Positions 21,290 through 34,897 are shown, counted from the first letter of the stretch. The stretch is 64,000 nucleotides of DNA from an uncultured Gemmatimonadales bacterium (GCA_963844035.1 CAWJMT010000037.1:192001-256000), one strand, 5' to 3'. Notes: a model not told the origin generated them from the letters alone. Numbers and translations: made by a program.

Positions 21290-22401
21290 AGTGCCTTGTC
21301 GTAGATCCGGTACGTCTTGTACGGGCGGAACGCGACGCGCAGTGCGGCGTTCATCATCGGCATGTTGTCTTCGAGCACCCAGCCGGCCTCGCCCCAGTAG
21401 TAGCCGTTCTTATTCGCCTTGTCCCAGATCCAGTGGTACATCAGCGCGTCGACTCCGCTGGCGCGGTACTCCTTGAGCACGCCGAGCAGCAGGACCCGGG
21501 CCCGGGAAATGTGGCGGGACTGCCAGAGCACTTTCAGGATTCCGGGGAACAGCCGTCCCGACGGGTTACGTTTGAGCGCGACATTCAAGTCCGGGAGTGC
21601 CACGCCGAACCCAATGACCTTGCCCTCGCGCTCGGCGAAACACACCAGGTCGGGGACGATCACCGGCTTGAGCTGCTTCGCGAGATGGTCGATTTCCGCG
21701 TCGGTGAGCGGGACGAAGCCCCAGTTCTTTTCCCACGCCTGGTTGTACAGAACCTTGACCAGCTCGACCTCCGCCTTGAAGCGCTTCATGTCGAGCCCGC
21801 GAAGGGTGATGCCGCGACGCTCCGCGATCAGCCGGGCGGCGCGTATCAGCCGCTCCGGCACCTCGGAGTGTGTCGACTCGAGCGCGAACATGTCCTTGGC
21901 TTTCTGGAATCCGTAGCGCTCGTGCAGCGGGACGTACGACGGCGGGTTGTGCGGCATCATGATGGTCGGCGGCGTGTCGAATCCTTCGACCAGCAGGCCG
22001 CATTCATCGTTGATGGACGGACTCATGGGTCCGCGCATGGTGTCGAATCCCCGTTTGCGCAGCCATGCGGCGGCGGCGTCAAACAGGGCCGTGGCCACCG
22101 CCTGATCGTCGATGCTTTCGAAGAACCCGTAGAAGCCGACGCGGTCGCCGTGCTCCAGCGTGTGGGCGTCGTTCTTGATCGCGGCAATCCGTCCGACGGT
22201 GCGTCCGTTCTGGACGGCTAGGAAATATTGTGCCTCGGCGTGACGGAAGAACGGATTCTTGGCGGGGGAGAGCAGCGTCCGGACGTCCATCCGCAGCTGA
22301 GGCACCCACAGGGGATCGCCGCGGTAGTGGTCGTAGGGAAAAGCGATGAAACGGTTGAGACCGCGCCCGTCGGTGACGGGCACGATCTCGACACCTGTCA
22401 G
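21286..22401 (-). CDS. Tandem GNAT N-acyltransferase, bacterial ceramide-synthase-like
   Basis: WVPQL, NPFF, GRIAAI, GFYGFFE, GPMSPSINDECGLLVEGF, MMPHNPPSY, AWEKNWGFVP, EAGWVLEDN, KTYRIY; start codon uncertain. Confidence 0.78.
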   Translation of the reverse strand: MTGVEIVPVTDGRGLNRFIAFPYDHYRGDPLWVPQLRMDVRTLLSPAKNPFFRHAEAQYFLAVQNGRTVGRIAAIKNDAHTLEHGDRVGFYGFFESIDDQAVATALFDAAAAWLRKRGFDTMRGPMSPSINDECGLLVEGFDTPPTIMMPHNPPSYVPLHERYGFQKAKDMFALESTHSEVPERLIRAARLIAERRGITLRGLDMKRFKAEVELVKVLYNQAWEKNWGFVPLTDAEIDHLAKQLKPVIVPDLVCFAEREGKVIGFGVALPDLNVALKRNPSGRLFPGILKVLWQSRHISRARVLLLGVLKEYRASGVDALMYHWIWDKANKNGYYWGEAGWVLEDNMPMMNAALRVAFRPYKTYRIYDKAL

Positions 22402-23605
22402 ATGACCCCCAGCTCTTTGCCGAGCCGGGCGAACGTCTCCAGGGCCTGATCGATCTGTTCCGGTGCGTGGGTTGCCATCAGACTCGTGCGCAACCGGCAC
22501 TGGGAGGGTGGCACGGCGGGCGGTACGACCGGGTTCGTGAAGACGCCGGCGTCGAACAGCTTGCGCCAGAACAGGAACGTCTTCTCGAGCGGCCCGATGA
22601 GCACCGGCACGATCGGCGTCTCGGTGGGGCCGATGTCGAAGCCGAGCGAGCGGAGCCCTTCCTGCAGCCGCCGGGCGTTGGCCCACAGCTGCGTCCGCGC
22701 GCCACGGCTCGGCCTGCAGGATGTGCAGCGCCTCGAGCACGCCCGCCGTGTTCGACGGCGGCAGCGCGGCGGTGAAGATCAGCGGCCGCGAGTGGTGGCT
22801 GCAGGAAGTGGATCACGGTTTCCGACCCGGCCACGAACCCACCGATCGACGCCAGCGACTTGGAGAATGTCCCGACGATGAGATCGACTTCGTCCGTGAG
22901 GCCGAAGTGGGCGGCCGTGCCGTCGCCGTTCGGGCCGAGCACGCCGACGGCATGCGCGTCGTCCAGGGCGAGGGCGGCGCCGAAGCGCTGCGCCACCTTG
23001 AGCAGGTTCGGCACGTCGGCGATGTCCCCTTCCATCGAGTACACGCCGTCCACCACGATCATGATCCCGGTGCTGGGCGCCAGGGCGCTGAGCTTCCGCT
23101 CGAGGCCGGCGAGATCGCCGTGGTTGAAGCGCAGCGTCTCCCCGTGCGACATGCTGGCGCCGTCCACGATCGAGGCGTGGTCCAGCTTGTCGAGGACCAC
23201 CACGTCGCCGCGGCCGACGAGTCCGGAGATCATGCCGAGGTTGGCCTGGTAGCCCGTGGAGAACACAAGGCAGGATTCCTTGCCGAAGAACTCCGCCAGC
23301 TCCGACTCCAGCTGCTCGTGCAGGTCCAGGGTGCCGTTCAGGAACCGGCTGCCGGTGCAGCCCGAGCCGTAGCGCTCGAGGGCCGCCTTGGCCGCTGCGA
23401 GCACGGCGGGATGGTGCGTGAGCCCCAGGTAGTTGTTGGAGCCCATCATGATCCGCGGCTTGCCTTCGATGACGACGACGGTGTCTTCGGAGTGGGAAAT
23501 CGCCTTGAAATACGGATACAGCCCCGAGGCCTGCACCTCGCGCGCGCGGGTGAAGTTCCTGCACTTGTCGAAGAGCGCGATGTTCTGCAGGGTCTCGGTG
23601 CCCAA
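22398..23605 (-). CDS. spt: Serine palmitoyltransferase-like PLP enzyme (alpha-oxoamine synthase family); frameshifted
   Basis: [48 protein letters not shown] (PLP Lys), [10 protein letters not shown]; operon with GNAT and SDR genes. Confidence 0.75.
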
Positions 23606-23762
23606 GGGCCCTCGGCCGATATGGATGTGGGGTAGAGCTTAGTGGACCGGTGTCCAGTTGGCAAGGTCATGTTGGCGCAGCGAGTTAGCACGCCGCACCA
23701 TGACTCGGTAGGTTGTAGCTCACTTCGTTTCCGGGGTCCACGAATTCGCTGCACACATTGCG

Positions 23763-24469
23763 GTGACGCTGGTCTTGTTGTTGACCGCCCACCCGGCATC
23801 CGCACAGACGGCTTCTGTCGAACACTACCGCGTCAGCTGGTGGGACGCCGCGTCGATATCTGCCGGCGCCACGCTGTACTTCACGCCCGGCGCCCTCGGG
23901 TTGCCGGAAGGCGCCCCGTCCTGCGCACCCTGCGATCCGGCAACGCTTCCCGGCATCGATCGTGGCGCGGTGCATCCCGTGTCGAGCTCGGCGGATATCG
24001 GCAAGCGAGCGTCATGCTCGCCGCCGTCGTGGGAGCGGACGGCGCTCGCCGGGTTGAGCGGCCTGCCCGCGGAACAGTGGCAGGGAACCTGGTGGTCTTC
24101 GCCAACACCGCGACCTGGACCTACGCGATCGACCGAGTGGCTGAAGGTTCGGGATACGCCGCGAGCGGCCGGTGCTGTACACGGACGACGCCGTGGCCGC
24201 CGCCGGCGTTCGGAGCAGTCAGATGTCGATGCCGAGCGGGCATACGGCCATGGCGTTCGCGGCCGCCACCTCGTACTTCGTCATGGCGGGGCGGCAGCAC
24301 CTGGCGCATCGTAACGCGCAACGCGGCGCTGCTCTACGCCGGCGCCGTCGGGGTGGCGTCGCTGCGGGTGGTCGCCGGCAAGCATTTCCCGACCGATGTC
24401 ATCGCGGGTGCGGCCCTTGGGTCCGGGATCGGGTGGCTGGTCCCGACCATCCACCCGACGTCTCCGTGA
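23763..24469 (+). CDS. PAP2-family phosphatase (frameshifted)
   Basis: SMPSGHT and LRVVAGKHFPTDVIAGA motifs in different frames. Confidence 0.75.
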
Positions 24470-25870
24470 GTACTCCCGAGCTTTCAGCAGAGGCCCGCCT
24501 CCCACGCGTCATGCGGCTGCGTGACGTCGTGTTGTTCAACCTGACCGCGATCGTCGGCCTCCGCTGGCTGACAACGGCGGCGCAATTCGGTCCCGCCAGC
24601 CTGCTGCTCTGGGTGCTCGCGATGGTGTTCTTCTTTCTTCCATCAGCTGTGGCGGTGCGCGAGCTCACCGATATCGACCCCAGAGCGGGTGGGATCTATC
24701 GCTGGGTCAGCCGCGCACTCGGGCCGCGGCATGGGTTCCTCGCGGGCTGGGGGTACTGGGTCAACAATCTCCTCTATTTCCCCTCGCTGCTCCTGGCGAC
24801 GGCGGCCACAATCGCCTACGTCGGCGGTCCGAGCACGGTGCACTTGCAGGACAACAGCATCTTTGTCGGTAGCGTATCGCTCGTCTGCCTGTGGATCGCC
24901 GTGTGGCTCAACGTCGTCGGCCTGCGGGTGGGCAAATGGCTGCAGAATTTCGGCGGCCACGGCGCCTGGATTCCGGCGCTCATCTTCGTCGCGCTCGCGG
25001 CCTGGTCGTTTATCGAGCGGGGCAGCGCGACGAGCTTCACGACCGGCCGCTTGCTGCCCGCCAAGTTCGACTTTCAGCTCGTCAACTTTTTCGCCACGAT
25101 GACCTTCGCCTTCGCTGGACTGGAGCTGGCCCCCTCGCTGGGCGGCGAGGTCCAGGACCCGGCGGCGACGCTGCGGCGCGGCGTCGTCGTTTCGGGGTTC
25201 GCCATCGTGGCCATCTACGTCCTCGGTACGCTGGCGATGCTGGTGGCGCTGCCTGCGGAGCAGGTCAACATCACGAACGGGATGCCGCAGGCCACCGCCG
25301 CGCTCGCCCGTGGGTTGGGGCACACGGCGCTCAGTCCCCGTCGCGGGCGTCGTCGCCGCCCTGGTGGCCCTGGGCAACGTGGGGGGTGTGGGGGCGTGGC
25401 TCGCGGGATGCGCGCGCCTGCCGTTCGCGGCGGGGGTGGACCAGGCGCTTCCCGCGAGCTTCGCGCGCGTGCACCCCCGCTGGCAGACCCCGTACGTGGC
25501 GCTGCTCGTGCAGGGCGCGCTCGCCACCGTGTTCGTCGTCGCGGGACTCGCCGGCGCTACGGTGCGCGACGCCTACGTCACGCTCACGAGCACCACGATC
25601 ATTCTGTTTTTTGTGCCGTATCTCTACATCTTTGCCGCCTACCTGCGGCTGCGGCGCGAGCGCACCCTCCGCACCACGCTCGTCGGCTGGTCGGGAATGG
25701 CCGCCGTCGCGCTGTCCATCGCTCTATCTCTGGTGCCCCCCGCGGTCGAGCAACCGTGGGTGTTCGAAGCGAAGGTGGTCGGGGGAACGGTGGTGTTCTT
25801 AGGGGTAGGTCTGGTGTTGTCGCGGGGCGGTGTGAGGGCGGGCACAGCAGTGCGCGCCCCGTCTTTGTAG
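24466..25870 (+). CDS. APC-family amino acid permease/antiporter (frameshifted)
   Basis: IVGLRW, GGIYRWV..LG, FAFAGLE, HPRWQTPY. Confidence 0.85.
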
Positions 25871-25874
25871 AGTT

Positions 25875-28165
25875 ATGGAACGCATGGCTTCACACCCGAT
25901 TCCTTACGTTCCCCGCCTCTCGCTACGACGCGCGGCCGTCATGGTCAGCGCGACCCTTCTGCTTGCCCTGCCGTCGGCAGCGTCCGGCCAGGGCGCCCTG
26001 CACCCACGGCGCGAGATCCGCGGGTTCGATTTCTCGCGCGATGGCGTATGGCGCAAGCGCGCGCGCCAGGTGGCCGCCCGTCGCGCCGCGTTGCTCGCCC
26101 AGGGACAGTTCGGGGCGTTGAACGCCCCGCGTGCGCCCGGGTTCCGGGGTCCGAGCCTGGCGACCCTCAGTGGCACGCTCCGCGTCCCGGCGATTCTTTT
26201 CAAATACAACGACACGCCTGCGCCCGACCTGCGCGACACCGCCGCGTACAACGCGGTGCTGTTCGCCCTGACGCCGCCGCTGGGCCGGCCCTATACCCTC
26301 CGCACCTACTATCAGGAGATCTCGAACGGCCTGCTGGATCTCCAGGGTGAGACATACGGGTATGCCGCCCTCGCCTCGAACGAGGTCACGTACACGGGCA
26401 CTCCCCCCTGCTACGGCAATCCGTTCGGCTCCACGAATTGCAACGGCCTGTTCGACTACAGCGGGGCGCAAGGGCCTCCCGACCCCGTGACCCGGATGCA
26501 GAACGGACTGCGCGAGGCGTTGCAGCGTGCTGGACGCCAGCATCGACTGGACGCAATACGACAACGACGGTGACGGCTACGTCGACCTGGTGGTGTTCCT
26601 CCAGCCCGCGCAAGACGGCGCCTGCGGCGGCCCGGGCAACAATCATCTCTGGTCGCACCGCTTCTCGTTCGGCTCCGGTTACGGGCCCGAGTTCACCACG
26701 CATTCGCCGGCGGCGGGTGGGGGCTTCATCAAGGTGCGCGACTACCTCCTGCAGAGCGCGCTGGGCGGGGCGACGGCGTGCGATGCGGCGCAGATCATGC
26801 CGATCGGAACTGTGGCACACGAAACCGGCCACGGATTCGGCTTGCCCGACCTGTACGACACCCAAACATCGAGCGAGGGGATCGGCGATTGGGGGCTGAT
26901 GGGTGCGGGGAATTACACCTCGGCGCTGAGCCCATCGCGCATGGAGGCCTGGTCGCTCAACGAGTTGGGCTGGGTGACCGTCGCGCCGCTCACGGTCGGC
27001 GGCTCCTACCAGTTCAACGCCGCCCCCGTCGCCGACACGGCGTTCTACATCCGCGCGCGCGGCAACAATCCGCGCGGCGAATACTTCCTGCTCGAGAACC
27101 GCCAGGCGTCTCAGTCCGACACCGCGATGATCCGCTTCCGGTGCCAGCGCAGCAGTGCACCCGCCTCGTGTCCCGGGGGGTTGCTCATCTGGCACATCGA
27201 CTCCCTCAAGGTCGCGAACGGATCCTTTGGTAACTCCGTCAATTCCGGCGCAATTCACGGTGTCGCGCTGATGCAGGCGGATGGGTTGCGCGATCTCGAT
27301 TTCGGGCAGAATCGTGGTGATGCCGGGGACGCCTACCCGGGGATCGCCAGGCCCAGCACGCCGTCGCCCAGGAATCCGAACGTGGAGTTCTCGGTTACCT
27401 CGACGCCTGCGGCCAGGAAGAATCTCGACAGCAGCTCGGTGGGCTTTGCGCTTGACTCGATCCGCCAGCTCGTGCCCGGCGCGTTGATGCGGTTCCGACT
27501 CCGGTTCGGCCAGCCGCTCGTCTTCACGGCTACAGCCCATGGCACGGTCACTCCGAATCCGGTGAGCGCCACGAGCGGATCATTCATCGCAGAGTCCAGC
27601 ACGGTGACGCTGACCGCGGCCACGGATCCGGGGTACATCTTCGCCGGCTGGACCGGGGACACGTCGACGATCAATACGGATCTCGTGCTGACCATGGTCG
27701 CGGCCCTATACGGTGACGGCGAACTTCGGCACGGCCCTCAGCGTCACGAGCGGCGATACGCTGCCGGGTGCGTCGATGGGAACGGCATATCTGGACACCC
27801 TGCGCGCGAGCGGCGGGACCGGCGCCTACACGTGGCAGCTCGTGGGAGCGGCGCCGCCGGCACTCGCACTGTCCGCGAGCGGCGTCATCACGGGGACTCC
27901 CTCGCAGGTCGGGACCTTTTCGCTGCAGGCGCGGGTGACGTCGGGCGCCCTGCAGCAGACGCACACGTTTACGGTGACCACCACGGCCCCGACGTTGGCG
28001 ACGGCCGCTGTGCTGGCGAAGCTGCTGACGGGCACGGGCCCGCTGACGGCGGGGCACGTCACGTACCTCGACCTGATCGGCAACCACAACGGGGATCTCG
28101 ACGTGGGCGATTTCGTGGCGTGGGTGAACCTGACGGGCGCCCCGGCGCCGCCGGGACCGCAATGA
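25875..28165 (+). CDS. M6 (immune inhibitor A-like) metalloprotease with B-repeat/Ig and dockerin-like C-terminal modules (frameshifted)
   Basis: YYQEISNG, YDNDGDGYVD, LWSH, HETGHGFGLPDLYD, WGLMGAG, EYFLLENR, GLLIWHID; TVTLTA..GYIFAGWTGD; GVITGTP; YLDLIGNHNGDLDVGDF. Confidence 0.88.
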
Positions 28166-28543
28166 AGCGCGTGCTCCTGGCTGTCCTGATCGCGTTGTCC
28201 GGCGCGTGCGAGCACAACACCGCGCCGGTCGCGGGGCTCCTGCGGGTGCAACTCACCACGCCGAACAGCGGCGGTGATCGCGCGATCCTTGTGTCGGTCT
28301 CAGGGCCTGCGGCGCTCACCAGCATCGCTGCCCCGAGCGCGCTGCGGGTGTTTTCGTACCCGCCGTTCGGTACGACGAACAAGTTCGTGGTGACGGGGAC
28401 CATCCCCTCCGGCACCATCCTGACCATCGGTGTGGCCGACGTCGGTCAAGCGGGCAGTTACACCGCGACCGTCCAGCAGGCGGCGACGCCGACCTACCAG
28501 CTGCGGGACCTCGACGGGCTACTCCCTTACCGTCGCGCCGTAG
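28162..28543 (+). CDS. Hypothetical beta-rich lipoprotein
   Basis: MKRVLLAVLIALSGAC lipobox; ATG overlaps the protease stop; 3' end uncertain. Confidence 0.6.
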
Positions 28544-29664
28544 CGCTGCGGGATCCGCCGCGTAACGCCGCCGCCTTCCGGGTGACCTCGGTTGTGAGCG
28601 CGGCGTAGGAGGCGGAGAACTTTGCCACGCCCTCGGTTTCAAGCTCACCAGTCACTCGCTCCAGATCGAAGCCGCCGCCGGCCAGTGTGGCGAGGCGCCG
28701 TCGCGCTTCCGAAATGGCGTGGGGTGTGACCCGCACCGCCGGCTCCCCGTGATCGCTGTAGGCCTCGAGGGTTTCCGGCGGCAACGTGGTGACCGTGTCC
28801 GGTGCGATGAGCGCCTCCACGTAGTAGACATCGGGAAGCGTCGGATCTTTCGTCGCGGTGGACGCCCACAGCGGTCGCTGCACGCGGGCACCCTCGCTCG
28901 CCAATGCTTCCCAGCGGGGCCCGCTGAACGTCTCCTGAAACGCCTGATACGCGACGAGGGCATTGGCGATCGCGATCGTGCCGCGCAAGTCGCGCAGCGC
29001 GGCGGAGCTCGAAGCGGCCAGCAGGGGATCGAGCTTCGTGTCCAGCCGGCTGACGAAGAAACTTGCGGCCGCCGCGATCCCGGCGATCGGCTCGCGTCGG
29101 GTGCGGCGCATGTTCGAGGCCCGTCAGGTAGGCGTCCATCACTGCGCGATGGCGGGCACCGGAGAACAGCAGCGTGACGTTGACGTTGATCCCGCGGCTG
29201 AGGCAGTAGGTGATCGCAGGAAGCCCGGCCACCGTACCCGGAATCTTGATCATCACGTTGGGGCGGTTCACGGCGTCCCACAGGCGGCGCGCTTCGAGCA
29301 CGGTGCCGTCGGTGTCGTGCGCCAGCGCGGGCGCGACCTCGATCGACACGAAGCCGTCGCGGCCGCCGCTGTCGTGGTAGAGCGCCAGGAATGCGTCACA
29401 CGCGGCCCGCACGTCCGACACCGCTAGGCGTTCGACAATTTCTGGGGGCGTGTGGCCGGACTCGGCAAGCGCGCGGATGTCTGCGTCGTAGCGGTCGCTG
29501 CCCGCGACGGCCTTCTCGAAGATGGTGGGGTTCGTGGTCATGCCCCGAACGCCGGCGGCGATCAGGCGGTGCAGCTCGCCCGTCTGCAGCAGGTCGCGCG
29601 TGATGGAGTCGAGCCAGGGGCTCTGGCCAAGCGCGCCGAGTTGAACGAGCGGATGCGGCGCCAT
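28527..29664 (-). CDS. tal: Transaldolase (frameshift near 29110)
   Basis: GQSPWLD, TTNPTIF, VSIEV, NVMIKIPGT (Schiff-base Lys), INVNVTLLF, ASFFVSRLD, QRPLWAST. Confidence 0.92.
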
Positions 29665-30655
29665 CAGACCCTAGCGAATGTCCTCCGACCGCCTCGCCCG
29701 CCTCCGCGCGCAGGCCCTCCTGTTTGAGGACCAGGGCGCTCGCCTTCACCAGGTAGTAGGTGAGGACGAGCTGCGTGACCGCGAGCGAGTTCGAGCGCCG
29801 CTCGCGATCTCCGTCGTGAAACACGCCGAGCCGGTCGGAGCGCAGATGGCGCGCGTTGGGCATGTGGTCCCACATGCGGTTTTCGATCGCCTGCGTGGCG
29901 GCGTTCGAGAGGCAGCCGTTGATCTCGAGCACGTCGACCCCTTGGGCGCCGCGCTCGAGCTTGACGGCCGCGCGTCCGTCGGGTCCTTCGGCCGCCGCGA
30001 GCGCCTCCTCGAGATCGGGAACGGGGATCGGATGGCGCAGCGTGAGGCGCACGTTGAGCCGGGTGTTGTCCGGTTTCGTCGCGTAGTCGGCGGGCGGGAA
30101 GAACGAGATGACCATGTCGGCCTTCTCGCGCTGCGGCATCACGTAGGTCTCCGAGTCGTGACGCCGGTGTTCGAGCTGCTTCAAGACTTCGTCCCGGGTG
30201 TAGCCGCGTTTCGACATGTCACGCCCGATCTTCCAGGCGATGCGCAGCTCGGGATGGGGGTCGAGGAACACGGACACGTCCCACTGGCGCCGGAGCTCGG
30301 GGGTGAAGAGGGCGTGCAGCCCATGGACCAGCACGATCGGCTTCGGGGTGACGAACTCCGGGCGGCCGAACGTGCCGTCGGAGTGATCGTACACCGGCTT
30401 GAAGATCGTTTCGCCCCGCCGCAGCAGGGTCATGTGCTGGGCGATCAGGTCGAGATGATTGCAGTCGGGGTGGAGCGCGGTGATCTTGCGCGCGGTCCGG
30501 CCGACCCGGTCGAGGGAGTGGTAGTCGTCGAGGCAGATGTCGGTGACGCGGTCGTGACCGAGCAGGGCGACGCACCCGTTCGAGAGCGTCGATTTGCCGG
30601 CGCCCGAGTCGCCGACGAGGCACAACATGATGGGGCGTCCCGCCCGAAACGGCAT
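29664..30655 (-). CDS. prk: Phosphoribulokinase, copy 1 (plant/cyanobacterial-like sequence type); 3' end uncertain
   Basis: [52 protein letters not shown]; adjacent to RuBisCO. Confidence 0.88.
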
Positions 30656-30684
30656 GTCACTCCTCGACTTGGACAGGCTCAACT

Positions 30685-30702
30685 TCGTGAAATAATTCAC
30701 AA
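30685..30702. promoter_or_regulatory. Palindromic operator, Rex-type (also fits the CRP core), upstream of prk-tal
   Basis: TCGTGAA-ATAA-TTCACAA; one mismatch to TTGTGAA-N4-TTCACAA; about 30 bp upstream of the prk ATG. Confidence 0.75.
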
Positions 30703-30998
30703 ACGGCAAGTGATGATCGCCTGGAGTCGGCGCGTCCGCTACCGACGTTCGGGCGAGCCAGGTCTCGCCCCATTGGGTAGGGGGGCGCAAACGGCGCCGC
30801 AGAGCAGGGATCATCGCAGCGAAAGTTCGCGTCGCGAGCGGTCCGGAGCGGCTCGAACGGGTGTTGGCGTTTATCCGGAAAGCGGGCTACTCTTACGGCT
30901 TCCGCAACACGCCGCGCGGTAGTTCCGCGCCGGCGGGATGTCGTGTCGCCACCCCTTTGAGTGGGGCGGCGCTTCGGATGGGCACACCCAAGTGCCCG

Positions 30999-31028
30999 TT
31001 GCGCGGATCGCTGGGCCTCAATTATGCT
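30999..31028 (+). promoter_or_regulatory. Putative sigma70 promoter of cbbL
   Basis: TTGCGC-18 bp-TATGCT immediately before the operator. Confidence 0.4.
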
Positions 31029-31037
31029 TTGTGAGGC

Positions 31038-32532
<1,495 letters not shown>

Positions 32533-32548
32533 GCGGCGAGGAGATCAC

Positions 32549-32977
32549 ATGCGTATCACCCAAGGCACATTTTCGTACCTGCCGGATTTCACGGATGAAC
32601 AGATCACGGCGCAAATCGAGTACTGCCTCAAGAACAACTGGGCGGTTTCGGTGGAGCACACCGATGATCCGCATCCGCGCAACGTCTACTGGGACATGTG
32701 GGCGCTGCCGATGTTCGATCTCAAGGACGCGTCCGCGATCATGCTCGAGGTCAACGCGTGCCGGAAGACGTTTCCGCACCGGTACATCAAGGTGAACGGC
32801 TACGATCGCACCTACGGCCGGCAGACCACCGGGATCAGCTTTATCGTCAACCGGCCGGCGGAGGAGCCCGGATTCCGGCTCGATCGGCAGGAGTTTGCCG
32901 ACCGCTCGATCAAGTACACCCTCCATTCGTACGCCACCGAGAAGCCGTCGGGTGAGCGTTACGGCGAAAGCAAATGA
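32549..32977 (+). CDS. cbbS: RuBisCO small subunit, red-type
   Basis: [42 protein letters not shown] (red-type C-terminal hairpin). Confidence 0.97.
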   Translation: MRITQGTFSYLPDFTDEQITAQIEYCLKNNWAVSVEHTDDPHPRNVYWDMWALPMFDLKDASAIMLEVNACRKTFPHRYIKVNGYDRTYGRQTTGISFIVNRPAEEPGFRLDRQEFADRSIKYTLHSYATEKPSGERYGESK

Positions 32978-33900
32978 GCGAGGTCGACACGACGAGCCCG
33001 GCGGAAGTCGCCGCCGGGTTCGTCGATCTCGATGCCGCGTACCGCGGATCGAACATCGAGGCGGTACTCCAGGATCTGGAGCTGGAGCTCATCGGGCTGG
33101 CGCCCGTCAAGCGACGCATCCGGGAGATCGCCGCGTTGCTGCTCATCGCGCGTGTGCGTGAAGAGCAGAGCCTCGTCACCGAAAAACCCACGCTGCACAT
33201 GTCGTTCACGGGGCATCCGGGGACGGGCAAGACCACCGTGGCGCTCGAGATGGCCAAGATCCTCCAGCGCCTCGGCTACGTGCGGAAGGGCCATCTGGTC
33301 GTGGCCACGCGCGACGACCTGGTGGGCCAGTACGTCGGCCACACGGCGCCGAAAACCAAGGAAGTGATCAAGCGGGCGATGGGGGGCGTGCTCTTCATCG
33401 ACGAGGCGTACTATCTCTACCGCCCGGAGAACGAGCGGGACTACGGCCAGGAAGCGATTGAGATGCTGTTGCAGGCGATGGAGAATCAGCGGGACGACCT
33501 CGTGGTGATCCTCGCGGGTTACAAGAACCGCATGGAGACGTTCTTCCAGTCGAACCCGGGGTTCCACTCGCGCGTCGGCAACCACCTCGACTTTCCCGAC
33601 TATTCGCTCGATGAGCTGATGGAGATTGCGGAGCTGATGGTGAAGCGCCAGCACTACGAATTCGATGCGGCCGCGCGAGACGCGTTCCGTCAATATCTGA
33701 CGCTGCGGATGCCGCAGCCGCATTTCGCCAATGCCCGCAGCGTCCGCAACGCGCTCGATCGGATCAAACTTCGCCAGGCCAACCGCCTGATGGCGGCTCG
33801 CGGGCTCGTTTCCAAGGATGATCTCGCCCGGCTCGACGCCGCCGATATCCTCCAAAGTCGCGTCTTCCAAGGAGGGAACGACGGTGTCGGCGACGAATAG
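32974..33900 (+). CDS. cbbX: CbbX red-type RuBisCO activase (AAA+)
   Basis: [54 protein letters not shown]. Confidence 0.96.
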   Translation: MSEVDTTSPAEVAAGFVDLDAAYRGSNIEAVLQDLELELIGLAPVKRRIREIAALLLIARVREEQSLVTEKPTLHMSFTGHPGTGKTTVALEMAKILQRLGYVRKGHLVVATRDDLVGQYVGHTAPKTKEVIKRAMGGVLFIDEAYYLYRPENERDYGQEAIEMLLQAMENQRDDLVVILAGYKNRMETFFQSNPGFHSRVGNHLDFPDYSLDELMEIAELMVKRQHYEFDAAARDAFRQYLTLRMPQPHFANARSVRNALDRIKLRQANRLMAARGLVSKDDLARLDAADILQSRVFQGGNDGVGDE

Positions 33901-34897
33901 GGTGACACCGCTGCCGTTCCGGGCGGGCCGTCCCATCATGCTCGGCCTCGTCGGGGACTCCGGGGCAGGGAAATCGACGTTGTCGAACGGGTGCGTGGAG
34001 ATCCTCGGGGCCGACCGGGTCACGGATATCTGCCTCGACGACTACCACTCGCTCGACCGCGTCGGGCGGGCGGAGCGCAAGATCACGGCGCTCCATCCCG
34101 ACTGCAATCACCTCGATCTGATCCGCCAGCATATCCGCCTGCTGCGCGGGGGCGAGCGGATCTTCAAGCCGGTGTACGACCACACCGACGGCACCTTCGG
34201 TCCGCCCGAGTTCGGGATTCCGCGGGACATCGTCCTGGTGCACGGCCTGCACACGCTGTACACCCCGGGGCTGCGGCAGCTGTGGGACGTCTCGGTGTTC
34301 CTCGATCCCGACCCGGAGCTGCGGATCGACTGGAAGATCAAGCGGGACATGTCGAAGCGCGGGTACACCCGCGACGAGGTGTTGAAGCAGCTCGAAGACC
34401 GCCGTCACGACTCCGAGGCGTACGTGATGCCGCAGCGTGAGAAGGCGGATATCGTGGTGGCCTTCTCCCCGGGCCCCCAGTATGCGACGACGCGCGACAG
34501 CGCCCGGCTCAACGTGCGCATCGTCATCCGGCACCCGGTGCCGCTGCCCGATCTGGAGGATGCGCTCACGGTGGCCGGCGAGGAGAATGGCGGGCCCTAT
34601 TTGAAGCTGCACCGCGGCGCCGAGGGGACCGATTCGCTCGAGATCAGCGGTGCGATCAGCGACGCGGCGACCCAGTCCATCGAGCGCCGCCTCTGGAACC
34701 ACATGCAGACGGCGCCGAACCTCCGGGCCGACCGGGTGGGCGTCTTCATGGACGGCGCCACCGAGCGGCGCTCGAACCCGTTGGCGGTGACGCAGTTGGT
34801 GCTGACCTACTACCTGGTGAAGGCGACTGCCCTGGTGCTGAAGCAGGAGCAGCTGCGCCAGGAGGCAGCCGAGGTGGCGTTGGGCGGAACGCCGTGA
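33884..34897 (+). CDS. prk: Phosphoribulokinase, copy 2
   Basis: [37 protein letters not shown]; start overlaps the cbbX end. Confidence 0.9.
   Translation: MSATNRVTPLPFRAGRPIMLGLVGDSGAGKSTLSNGCVEILGADRVTDICLDDYHSLDRVGRAERKITALHPDCNHLDLIRQHIRLLRGGERIFKPVYDHTDGTFGPPEFGIPRDIVLVHGLHTLYTPGLRQLWDVSVFLDPDPELRIDWKIKRDMSKRGYTRDEVLKQLEDRRHDSEAYVMPQREKADIVVAFSPGPQYATTRDSARLNVRIVIRHPVPLPDLEDALTVAGEENGGPYLKLHRGAEGTDSLEISGAISDAATQSIERRLWNHMQTAPNLRADRVGVFMDGATERRSNPLAVTQLVLTYYLVKATALVLKQEQLRQEAAEVALGGTP

Noticed and set aside
22398..23605. bioF or kbl assignment
   Set aside because: No bio or tdh neighbours; LYPYF, NGTLDLH and GTFSKS plus the GNAT/SDR context fit SPT better (not proven)
29396..30814. 472-aa PRK ORF with long N- and C-terminal extensions
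   Set aside because: The RBS and paralog alignment place the start at 30655; the tail overlapping tal is best explained by an indel near 29690
33884..34897. Uridine kinase instead of PRK
   Set aside because: [17 protein letters not shown] and RDMSKRG plus the position after cbbX support PRK
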